DNA of 40,623 nucleotides, from IMG/VR virus record IMGVR_UViG_3300031178_000001; one strand, given 5' to 3'. The DNA is from a virus. Both the position numbers and the translations under genes were made by a program. Positions 15,405-22,561 of this stretch are shown one piece after another. The stretch's first letter is position 1. Each line of letters opens with the position of its first letter. The notes beneath the pieces were generated by a model. The model was given only the letters and a program-made list of their open reading frames with translations. It searched no databases and was not told the origin of the DNA.

Positions 15405-17285
15405 GTGAACGACGACATTTATGAATATTTATACCGCGGATTCATCCAGTTGAAAGATAAAGAGGCGATTGAAAAATTCAAAGACAGAGACGATCTCTCA
15501 ACTTTCAACACGGTACGGCGGTACGCCGGATATGCGGGGGTTTTGGCGCCAGGCGTTCTTCTTGTCGATGTGGACGATTTCGAAAAATCAGAAATCGTTT
15601 TGCGAATGGTCGATGATCTCAACATTCAATGCTGTGTCGTTGAAACCGGCCGCGGGAAACACTTCCTGTTCCGGGATCCGGACCTGCCCAGCAATAAAAC
15701 CAAGACGAACACCGCGATCGGAATTACCGTCGACATTAAGCTCGGAACCCGCAATTCCTATCAAGTGCTCAAGCATAACGGCGTGAAACGGCCCTGGATT
15801 CGGAGATCTGAACAAGTTGATACGCTGCCGTTCTGGCTCATGCCGATCAAACACAACACGGATTTTTCAAAACTTGGTGAAGGGGACGGCCGCAATCAGT
15901 CTCTCTTCAATTATATCCTGACACTCCAGGGCGCCGGATTCACGAAGGAAGAGATTCGGGAGACGATCCATCTGATCAACAAATATATTCTCCCGGATCC
16001 GCTTCCGGAGCGCGAAATCAATACCATCCTGCGGGATGAAGCGTTCAAGAAACAGTCGTTTTTCAAGGGCTCAACATTTCTGCATGACCGGTTTGCTCAA
16101 TATATCATGCGGGAGAATCACATCATCAAAATCGACAACGTGCTGCATGTATTCAAAGACGGTGTGTACAGCGATCGAGTTCAGGACATTGAAGCCGTGA
16201 TGATCAAGCATCTGCCGCAGCTGAATCAGGCGAAGCGGCGCGAGACACTCGCCTATCTCGATATCATCGCGGAAAATCAAGATCCGGCGCCGGCGAATCT
16301 CATCGCGCTTGAGAACGGCATCTATGATCTGAGCTCCGATAAAATCATCGACTTTAGCCCGGACATCATCATCAAAAACCGGATCCCGGTTACATTTGAT
16401 CCGGATGCTTACGACAAAACGACCGATCAAACGCTGAATAAGATCAGCTGCGGCGACAAAGAGGTCAGAGCATTGCTGGAAGAGATGATCGGGTATCTCC
16501 TGTTCAGGCGTAACGAGCTGCGGAAAGCGTTCATCCTGACAGGGACCGGGCAAAACGGGAAGTCGACGCTGCTCGATATGATCAAACATTTTCTCGGTCC
16601 GGACAATTACAGCTCGCTGGCACTCGAAGAACTCGGGCACCGCTTCAAAACGGCTGAAATTTTCGGGAAGCTCGCGAATATCGGAGACGACATCGACAGC
16701 GAGTATATTCAGTCGAATGCCGTCTTCAAAAAACTGGTGACCGGGGAAACCGTGAACGCGGAGCGTAAAGGCAAAGATCCGTTCGAGTTCAACAATTATG
16801 GAAAACTCATCTTCAGCGCGAACGAAATGCCGCGGATCAACGATCGAACGGACGGCCTGATCAGTCGATTGATTATCATCCCATTCAACGCGAAATTCAC
16901 GGCCCAGGACCCGGATTTTGATCCGTTCATCAAGGACAAGTTGCTTACGGATCGCGCAATGTCATATTTACTCAATCTCGGTCTGACCGGCCTGAAACGT
17001 GTCCTGCAGCGGAAGCAATTTACGATGCCGGAAGTGGTACGACAAGAAATGCAGCTCTATGAATCGATCAATAATCCCGTACTCGCGTTCATCGAGGATG
17101 GCGGAAAGATCGAAAACGAGCCGACAAAAGATGTCTATCTCAAATACAACGCCTGGTGTCATCAAAACGGACTTCGTCCGCTCAGTCAAATACAATTCAG
17201 CAGGGAGGTGTGTAGGAAGCTCGGAATGGAAACAAAAGTGATCCGGGTAGATGGAAAACTGAATCGTATATTTATACAAAATTAA
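15405..17285 (+). CDS. Bifunctional primase-polymerase / D5-type helicase (P4-family primase), 626 aa
   Basis: AEP motifs LLVDVDD...GKHFLF. Walker A GTGQNGKST. GTG start with an AAGGGGTGA RBS. Confidence 0.85.
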   Translation: MNDDIYEYLYRGFIQLKDKEAIEKFKDRDDLSTFNTVRRYAGYAGVLAPGVLLVDVDDFEKSEIVLRMVDDLNIQCCVVETGRGKHFLFRDPDLPSNKTKTNTAIGITVDIKLGTRNSYQVLKHNGVKRPWIRRSEQVDTLPFWLMPIKHNTDFSKLGEGDGRNQSLFNYILTLQGAGFTKEEIRETIHLINKYILPDPLPEREINTILRDEAFKKQSFFKGSTFLHDRFAQYIMRENHIIKIDNVLHVFKDGVYSDRVQDIEAVMIKHLPQLNQAKRRETLAYLDIIAENQDPAPANLIALENGIYDLSSDKIIDFSPDIIIKNRIPVTFDPDAYDKTTDQTLNKISCGDKEVRALLEEMIGYLLFRRNELRKAFILTGTGQNGKSTLLDMIKHFLGPDNYSSLALEELGHRFKTAEIFGKLANIGDDIDSEYIQSNAVFKKLVTGETVNAERKGKDPFEFNNYGKLIFSANEMPRINDRTDGLISRLIIIPFNAKFTAQDPDFDPFIKDKLLTDRAMSYLLNLGLTGLKRVLQRKQFTMPEVVRQEMQLYESINNPVLAFIEDGGKIENEPTKDVYLKYNAWCHQNGLRPLSQIQFSREVCRKLGMETKVIRVDGKLNRIFIQN

Positions 17286-17506
17286 TGTATAAATATACAT
17301 TTATGGGGTGTTACAGATGTTACGGATCGTTACAGATGATTTTTGAACATCTGTAACAGCTAGACTCATTGATACACAAGGGATTTTAAGGATTTGTTAC
17401 AGATGTTACAGATGTTTTCAACTTCTTATATAGGAATCTATCAGACGTACACACACGCGCAAATAATATAAATATATATTTATTATTTATCTGTAACATC
17501 TGTAAC
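17284..17506. repeat. Iteron array plus AT-rich tract (candidate replication origin or regulatory region)
   Basis: GTTACAGATG at 17310, 17329, 17396 and 17405. Degenerate TTACGGATC at 17320. Inverted CATCTGTAAC at 17348, 17488 and 17497. AT-only run about 17461-17490. Palindrome AATGTATAAATATACATT at 17284-17301. Confidence 0.75.
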
Positions 17507-17636
17507 AAGGAAATATTTTACAGGAGATGATTGAGATAGATGAAACCCATCGCACGATACGCACCAGCCGCCGAGTCAGCAGCGAGACCGGTTCGGGAAG
17601 GTTTTCTGGAACCGCCGAGAAAGGGGACGAATCGGA

Positions 17637-17972
17637 ATGACTGAATACCTGAGCAAGAAAGCGGTGTTGGAACACATTCGACGCGAAATTGGCATAACAG
17701 AGTGGCAACGGGATGCAGTAATGACAAGGTACATGAAGGAGTTTCACGGCGGGGCAATACGTGCGTTGCAGAATCTTGAGCACGCTATCCAATCCGGCGC
17801 ATTTGACGCTAACGGCGAAGTCCAGCGGTTGAAGGTAGCGTTGGCTAAGGCTAAAGGCTGGATCAAATATTTCGTATATATCGGCCAGAACATTGAACCT
17901 GAAATGGAGAAAAAGGCGTTCGATGAAATTGACGAAATTCTCTCCGGGGCGCGGGATGGTGGTCTATCATGA
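17637..17972 (+). CDS. Hypothetical protein, 111 aa
   Basis: First sizeable ORF after the iteron region. Confidence 0.6.
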   Translation: MTEYLSKKAVLEHIRREIGITEWQRDAVMTRYMKEFHGGAIRALQNLEHAIQSGAFDANGEVQRLKVALAKAKGWIKYFVYIGQNIEPEMEKKAFDEIDEILSGARDGGLS

Positions 17973-18076
17973 CCTTCGGTCAATGGATATGGCGAGCGCA
18001 AGGATGGGTCATACGGAAGATGCGCTGGTTGAAGCGTGAGATCGAACGGATGGAACGGGAGGAGATGGGACGATGA
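17969..18076 (+). CDS. Hypothetical micro-protein, 35 aa (below the ORF-track cutoff)
   Basis: ATGA overlaps at both ends. Hand translation MTFGQWIWRAQGWVIRKMRWLKREIERMEREEMGR. Confidence 0.35.
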   Translation: MTFGQWIWRAQGWVIRKMRWLKREIERMEREEMGR

Positions 18077-18330
18077 AGTGCGAAGTGTGTGACGGTCGCG
18101 GAGGATGGTATGACGGTATCGGACCAAATGCGGAGCCGATATCTTGTGAGATTTGCGGCGGTCTGGGTGAGATCACAACATACCTCTGCAAACAATGCGG
18201 CCGCCCGGGGGAGCTGCGGGACAACCAGACGTACTGTGAGCACTGCGGCCCGGGCGTGGAGCTGGTGGCGGCGCCGGATGAGGCGAGCGTGTACGGGATG
18301 GACTGCCGCAGCGGGAGGTGTGAGGGGTGA
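18073..18330 (+). CDS. DnaJ-type zinc-finger (CxxCxGxG repeat) protein, 85 aa
   Basis: CEVCDGRG, CEICGGLG, CKQCGRPG, CEHCGPG. Confidence 0.65.
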   Translation: MKCEVCDGRGGWYDGIGPNAEPISCEICGGLGEITTYLCKQCGRPGELRDNQTYCEHCGPGVELVAAPDEASVYGMDCRSGRCEG

Positions 18331-18509
18331 TTTACAAGCAGCCGAAACCCGGCGACAGATACCGGCCCATTGTCACGGTACTCAAAGTGAAAAAGAGTGT
18401 TCCGACCATAATCCGCGTCTCCGGGCGGGAGTACGTGCTGCGGACGCCGGATCAGTTCAACCAAAGAAGACAGGGGGCGGTGAAGCGTGACCGAACAACA
18501 AGCCATTGA
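18327..18509 (+). CDS. Hypothetical protein, 60 aa
   Basis: GTG start overlaps the upstream stop (GTGA). Confidence 0.45.
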   Translation: MIYKQPKPGDRYRPIVTVLKVKKSVPTIIRVSGREYVLRTPDQFNQRRQGAVKRDRTTSH

Positions 18510-19092
18510 GCTCCTGAGCCAATACCGCCAGAAACAGGCCCGGCTGCAGGTGCTGTCGACGTACAGTGTCGGCGCCGGCATCACGATCAGCCGGCTCAAT
18601 GAGGACGACCACCTGCAGGAGCTGCATCGCCGGCTGCGCGGTCTGCCGAGCTACCTGTACCTCAGCGCGAAAGAGCAGCAGCTTGAGAGCGTGGCTCACG
18701 CGTACCTCACCCGGTACCCGGCCGGCACCCGGGCGCAGCTGGCGGCAGTGCCGCGTGAGGGCGCGGACGAAGAGGACGAGCAGCTGCTGCGGGAGCTGCG
18801 GGCGAAGATTCGGAAGGTGATCGCGGCGCGCGGCTGGGACGTGCGCGATGACATCGACGCGGTGCTGGACAGACTGACCGAGTATCAGGACCTTCGGGCG
18901 GAGATCGAGCGGGTGGACACGGTGCTGGCGGCGCTGGAGAATTACAAGCCGGATCTGGCACGGGTGCTGCGGCTGCGGTACGTGGAAGGTAAACAACCGT
19001 CTGAGGTAGCCGCGGAGTTAAAGATCGCGGAGCGCACATTCCGGTCCTGGCAGAAGAAAGCTGAGCAGGAATTTGCCCGACTCGCAGGGTGA
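18487..19092 (+). CDS. Late-gene regulator with sigma-70 region-4 type HTH (ArpU/RinA-like role), 201 aa
   Basis: C-terminus DLARVLRLRYVEGKQPSEVAAELKIAERTFRSWQKKAEQEF. Located immediately upstream of the packaging module. Confidence 0.6.
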   Translation: MTEQQAIELLSQYRQKQARLQVLSTYSVGAGITISRLNEDDHLQELHRRLRGLPSYLYLSAKEQQLESVAHAYLTRYPAGTRAQLAAVPREGADEEDEQLLRELRAKIRKVIAARGWDVRDDIDAVLDRLTEYQDLRAEIERVDTVLAALENYKPDLARVLRLRYVEGKQPSEVAAELKIAERTFRSWQKKAEQEFARLAG

Positions 19093-19093
19093 T

Positions 19094-19168
19094 GCCGAAA
19101 ATATACCGGAAATGTGCCGGAATTATGCCGAAGAAAGGCCGGACAAGCCGAAATTTGCGTGCTAAAAT
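19094..19168 (+). promoter_or_regulatory. Six helically phased (A/G)CCGRA repeats followed by an extended -10 (candidate late promoter)
   Basis: Repeat starts at 19094, 19105, 19116, 19127, 19138 and 19147 (spacing 11, 11, 11, 11, 9). TGCTAAAAT at 19160-19168. Confidence 0.5.
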
Positions 19169-19505
19169 GGTAGTGTCGAAGTCGTGTATCCAAAGGATGA
19201 CGACGCATCTCGCCGCATCGTCTGCGCACTCTGTCCACGGATGGCGTGCAGGACGATATCCGGAGCGGCGGGAAAGCGGCACAGCGTACCAACCGGGAGG
19301 GAACCGCGAGGCAATTCCCGGACGCGAGTGCCGCAATATAGCTATTATGGTCGCCGTCCGGATGGACGGAATGCCCTGTCGAGCCGAAAGGCTACGTGCC
19401 ACGTAGCTTATGTGGGGCGATATGGGGCGGGAATATGTGGGAACCCATGCCATGTACTAGGGGGCTAGGGCACAGCGCTTGAAGGGGTTAGGGCGCGACC
19501 ATTAA

Positions 19506-19621
19506 GGGATGCGGTGGCGGAATAGGTAGACGCTATGGCGTGAGGTGTGAACGACTCGACCTGAAATCGAGCACCGGCGCGGAGGCACACCATGCAGGGT
19601 GCAAATCCCTGCCCGCATCCC
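19506..19621 (+). ncRNA. Non-canonical tRNA-like element (116 nt)
   Basis: 9-bp acceptor-like stem GGGATGCGG/CCGCATCCC. D-arm GCG-GAATAGGTAGA-CGC. T-arm GCAGGG-TGCAAAT-CCCTGC. A 59-nt branched domain replaces the anticodon arm. No encoded CCA. Confidence 0.45.
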
Positions 19622-19636
19622 GAACACGACAATGTC

Positions 19637-19658
19637 AGAGCCTTGGGCTCTTTTTTTT
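19637..19658 (+). terminator. Strong rho-independent terminator 24 nt before the first late ORF
   Basis: AGAGCC-TTG-GGCTCT followed by a run of 8 T. Confidence 0.8.
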
Positions 19659-19681
19659 ATTTACAAAAAGGAGTGTGAACA

Positions 19682-19972
19682 GTGAATGAATTCATCCTGA
19701 CAAGACACGCCTTCGAACGCTACTGTCAGCGGGTCGAGAGGACTGAGCGCAACGAACTGGTTGAGCTGCTCCGGCAGCACGCAGAAAGACCGACGCATAA
19801 AAAACGCGGTTATATCGAGCTGGCCGGTGTGTGGTGGAGGTATGGCATGCGTGACAACACGATGATCCTTTATACGTGCTATGGCCGGCATCATATCGAC
19901 TTGCCCGCTGCGATTCGGTGGGCGAAGCGAAAGAAAGACCGCATCAACCTGGGAGGGGGTGAAGCACGATGA
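19682..19972 (+). CDS. Hypothetical protein, 96 aa
   Basis: GTG start with an AAAGGAG RBS. N-terminus LTRHAFERYCQRV. Confidence 0.6.
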   Translation: MNEFILTRHAFERYCQRVERTERNELVELLRQHAERPTHKKRGYIELAGVWWRYGMRDNTMILYTCYGRHHIDLPAAIRWAKRKKDRINLGGGEAR

Positions 19973-20379
19973 CGGACGTTCTCGCGGGCGCAAACGTTGA
20001 CAATTACAAGCCGACGGCGAAGGAGAAAAAACTGATTGACGTCTTGTGTGATCCGGCGCACCGATACAAAAACATCACCCAAATTTGTCAAGTGGCCGAA
20101 ATCAGCCGCGAGGCGTATTACAAGATGTTCCGCAAGCCTCAATTTGTCGCCTATTACAACCGCGTGCAATTTGAGGTCGTGAAGCAGAACATTGCGAAGG
20201 TGCTGGCCGCTACAATCGAATTCGCGATTTCTGATCCGAAATGCCATCAGGATCGGAAGATGCTGCTTGAGATGGGGAACATGTACACGGAAAAGGTGAA
20301 GCAGGAAATCACCGGAGAAGGTGGCGGCCCGATTACGGTTGTTTTCAGCGACAAGATGAAGCCGCCGGGTGATGCGTGA
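19969..20379 (+). CDS. terS: Terminase small subunit (putative), 136 aa
   Basis: HTH ITQICQVAEISREAYYKMF. Coupled directly upstream of terL. Confidence 0.65.
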   Translation: MTDVLAGANVDNYKPTAKEKKLIDVLCDPAHRYKNITQICQVAEISREAYYKMFRKPQFVAYYNRVQFEVVKQNIAKVLAATIEFAISDPKCHQDRKMLLEMGNMYTEKVKQEITGEGGGPITVVFSDKMKPPGDA

Positions 20380-21830
20380 TGAAGATCGTCATTCCGTACG
20401 AACCGCAACCGCGGCAACAGCTTTATCACCAGACAACGAACGTTGACGAGCTGCTTTATGGAGGCGCCGCGGGCGGCGGAAAGACCGAAGCGACCATATG
20501 GGACGCGCTTTATTACGGTCTGCAATATCCGCAGTCGCGGCAGATTATCTTTCGCCGGAAGTTCCCGGACCTTGAGCGCTCCATCATCGCGAGGACGTTG
20601 CAAGTTTACCCTCCGGAGCTGGCAAAGTATAACGCATCAAAGCACATCTGGACGCTGGCAAATGGTTCTATTATCGAGCTTGCGGCATGGGACCATGATG
20701 ACGATTACCTCAAATACGCCGGCGCGGAATATGACGTTGTTCGCTGGGAAGAGTTGACCCAATTCAAGGAAAAGTGGTACAAGCTCATGCTTTCCCGCAT
20801 CCGGGGCGCGAAGCCGTACCCGCGTTTCGTTAAGTCGACGACAAACCCGGGCGGCGAGGGGCACGCGTGGGTAAAAAAGCGGTTTATCGACATCGGGCCG
20901 CCGGAAAGGGTGCATGTCGTACAGGAGACGACGGACGACGGCGATCCGATGTATTACCCGGCCGATCATCCGAAAGCCGGGCAACCGATTGTGTCCCGAC
21001 GCATCTTCATCCCGGCGCGCGTCAGCGATAACAAGAAACTGATGGAAGTTGATCCTGATTATGTGGCCCGGTTAATGAGCTTGTCGGACAAAGAGCGCAA
21101 GCAGCTTCTCGAGGGCGACTGGGACACGTTTGCAGGCCAATATTTCGAAGAATGGAGCCGGCCGATTCACGTCGTCGAGCCGTTCGAAATCCCGCGCGAA
21201 TGGCGCAGATACCGGGCGCTGGACGAGGGATATACAGACCCCTTCGTCTGCCTATGGATCGCCGTTGACCGGCAGGGTTTCGCCTATGTATATCGTGAGG
21301 CGGTTCGCAAGAAACTGCTATCCCGCGAACAGGCGCAGCTCGTGAAGCAGCTCACCGGCGATGAAGTCATTGATTATTCCGTCGGGGATACGTCGTTCTG
21401 GAACAAGTCGAAGGTCGATACGAACGAATCGCCGGCCGAAATCTTCGCCAAAGAGGGCGTGCCGCTGATCCAGGCGAACAAGGAGCGCGTCAACGGCTGG
21501 AAACGTCTGCGCGACTGGCTCAAACCGATCGAAGTGGTCGACCCGGTGACGGGCAAAACCTACACGACCGCAAAGCTGCGGGTGTTCTCGACGTGCATCC
21601 AGACCATCGAGGCGATTCCGGCCATGATCCACGACGATCACAACCCCGAAGACGTGGCAGAGCACGAACTTGATCACGTCCCGGACGCGCTGCGCTATTG
21701 GGCGATGAGCCGGCCGTCGCCGGCGAAGCCTGAACCGCCGAAGCATCCGACGGAACGCGAAATGGTGCAGCGGCACATCGACAAGCTGGACCGCATGGCG
21801 AAAAGGCGAAAGGTGGAATATCTCGGATGA
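20379..21830 (+). CDS. terL: Terminase large subunit, about 483 aa
   Basis: Walker A YGGAAGGGKTEA. Walker B-like VVRWEELTQF. C-terminal nuclease-type acidic motifs. GTG 20376 is the alternative start. Confidence 0.9.
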   Translation: MKIVIPYEPQPRQQLYHQTTNVDELLYGGAAGGGKTEATIWDALYYGLQYPQSRQIIFRRKFPDLERSIIARTLQVYPPELAKYNASKHIWTLANGSIIELAAWDHDDDYLKYAGAEYDVVRWEELTQFKEKWYKLMLSRIRGAKPYPRFVKSTTNPGGEGHAWVKKRFIDIGPPERVHVVQETTDDGDPMYYPADHPKAGQPIVSRRIFIPARVSDNKKLMEVDPDYVARLMSLSDKERKQLLEGDWDTFAGQYFEEWSRPIHVVEPFEIPREWRRYRALDEGYTDPFVCLWIAVDRQGFAYVYREAVRKKLLSREQAQLVKQLTGDEVIDYSVGDTSFWNKSKVDTNESPAEIFAKEGVPLIQANKERVNGWKRLRDWLKPIEVVDPVTGKTYTTAKLRVFSTCIQTIEAIPAMIHDDHNPEDVAEHELDHVPDALRYWAMSRPSPAKPEPPKHPTEREMVQRHIDKLDRMAKRRKVEYLG

Positions 21831-22075
21831 TCACGCTGTTTGTGACCGCGTTTCTGGTGCAGGCGGCTTTTTTTATTGCCGCGATACTGATTGACCGGCA
21901 TCTGTGGCGCCGGCACATCGAAGCGAAGGAACGCGAATGGGCGACCGAACGAAAGGACTTGCTCGACCGTATCCAGGCGCCGAACTTCGGTGAGTACACG
22001 CGGAAAGCGCTGCTGGAGAAGAAACTTGAGCAGCCGCCGGACGAGCGGGAACGCCCGCCGGAATTTATCTCATAG
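21827..22075 (+). CDS. Small membrane-anchored protein, 82 aa
   Basis: N-terminal TM segment ITLFVTAFLVQAAFFIAAILI. ATGA coupling. Confidence 0.55.
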   Translation: MITLFVTAFLVQAAFFIAAILIDRHLWRRHIEAKEREWATERKDLLDRIQAPNFGEYTRKALLEKKLEQPPDERERPPEFIS

Positions 22076-22089
22076 GGGGACGATGACCC

Positions 22090-22527
22090 ATGAAACTGTT
22101 CGAACTGTGCATTGGTGATCTGCGCCGCCTGGTCTCGGCGGAATCTGCGGAAGAAGCGCGCCGGATCGGCCAAGACCCGACGAAGCACCCGGACATCCAC
22201 TTCATGCCGTTTGAGGTGCGGGAGTTCGTATTGCCGGGTTACGTGATCACGGTCACGCCGGAGGCTGACGTACAAGCGCGGGAAGATGCGCCGCCGGATG
22301 ATCCGGAAGCTCCTGACGAACGCGAAGCGCTCAAGGTATGGCTCACAGAACGCGACATCGAGTTCAAGAAGAATTGGAGTACGGAGCGGCTGCGCGAGCT
22401 CGTGGAACAGGCGAAGGCTGCGGAGTCGGAATCTGATCCGGATGAACCGAATGAACCGGAAGAACCAGCGGAACCGGGCGAATCGGAAGAACCGAATGCA
22501 CCGAGCGACCCTGACGCCTTGTTCTGA
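22090..22527 (+). CDS. Acidic protein with HeH/SAP-like motif, 145 aa
   Basis: EALKVWLTERDIEFKKNWSTERLRELV followed by a Pro/Glu-rich tail. Confidence 0.55.
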   Translation: MKLFELCIGDLRRLVSAESAEEARRIGQDPTKHPDIHFMPFEVREFVLPGYVITVTPEADVQAREDAPPDDPEAPDEREALKVWLTERDIEFKKNWSTERLRELVEQAKAAESESDPDEPNEPEEPAEPGESEEPNAPSDPDALF

Positions 22528-22561
22528 TATTGCGCGCCGCACCTGACGGCGTGGGGGTGAG

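Larger units (their letters stand above)
19175..19658 (+). ncRNA. Candidate ~480-nt untranslated, structured RNA / late-operon leader (5' end approximate)
   Basis: Bounded by the promoter-like element and a strong terminator. No credible ORF. Many GC-rich hairpins, including GAAA-capped AGCC/GGCT (19382-19393) and GCTACGT/ACGTAGC (19391-19407). Confidence 0.35.

Noticed and set aside
17310-17506. CRISPR-like array from the GTTACAGATG repeats.
   Set aside because: The repeats are only 10 bp, in both orientations, partly abutting with no spacers, and there are no cas genes. Iterons fit better.
17487-17792. Minus-strand ORFs 17487..17792 and 17518..17757 across the iteron region.
   Set aside because: They run antisense into the 17637 gene and through the repeat array. 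No RBS and a poor amino-acid composition.
19089-19468. ORFs 19089..19406 and 19184..19468 (+), and 18707..19453 / 18942..19292 (-), within the non-coding block.
   Set aside because: No RBS and an Arg/Gly/Cys-rich, non-protein-like composition. They start inside promoter-like repeats or overlap each other in different frames. The region is better explained as structured RNA.
19470-19530. T-box riboswitch core near ATTAAGGGATGCGGTGG.
   Set aside because: The conserved T-box sequence (GGGTGGTACCGCG-like) and the specifier/antiterminator arrangement are not present.
19506-19621. Calling this a normal tRNA gene (tRNA-Ser UGA or tRNA-Sec were considered).
   Set aside because: It is 116 nt long, with 9-bp acceptor and 6-bp T stems. 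59 nt lie between the D and T arms. The anticodon-like loop has C at position 33, and the T-loop reads TGC where TTC is canonical. It does not fit any canonical tRNA class.
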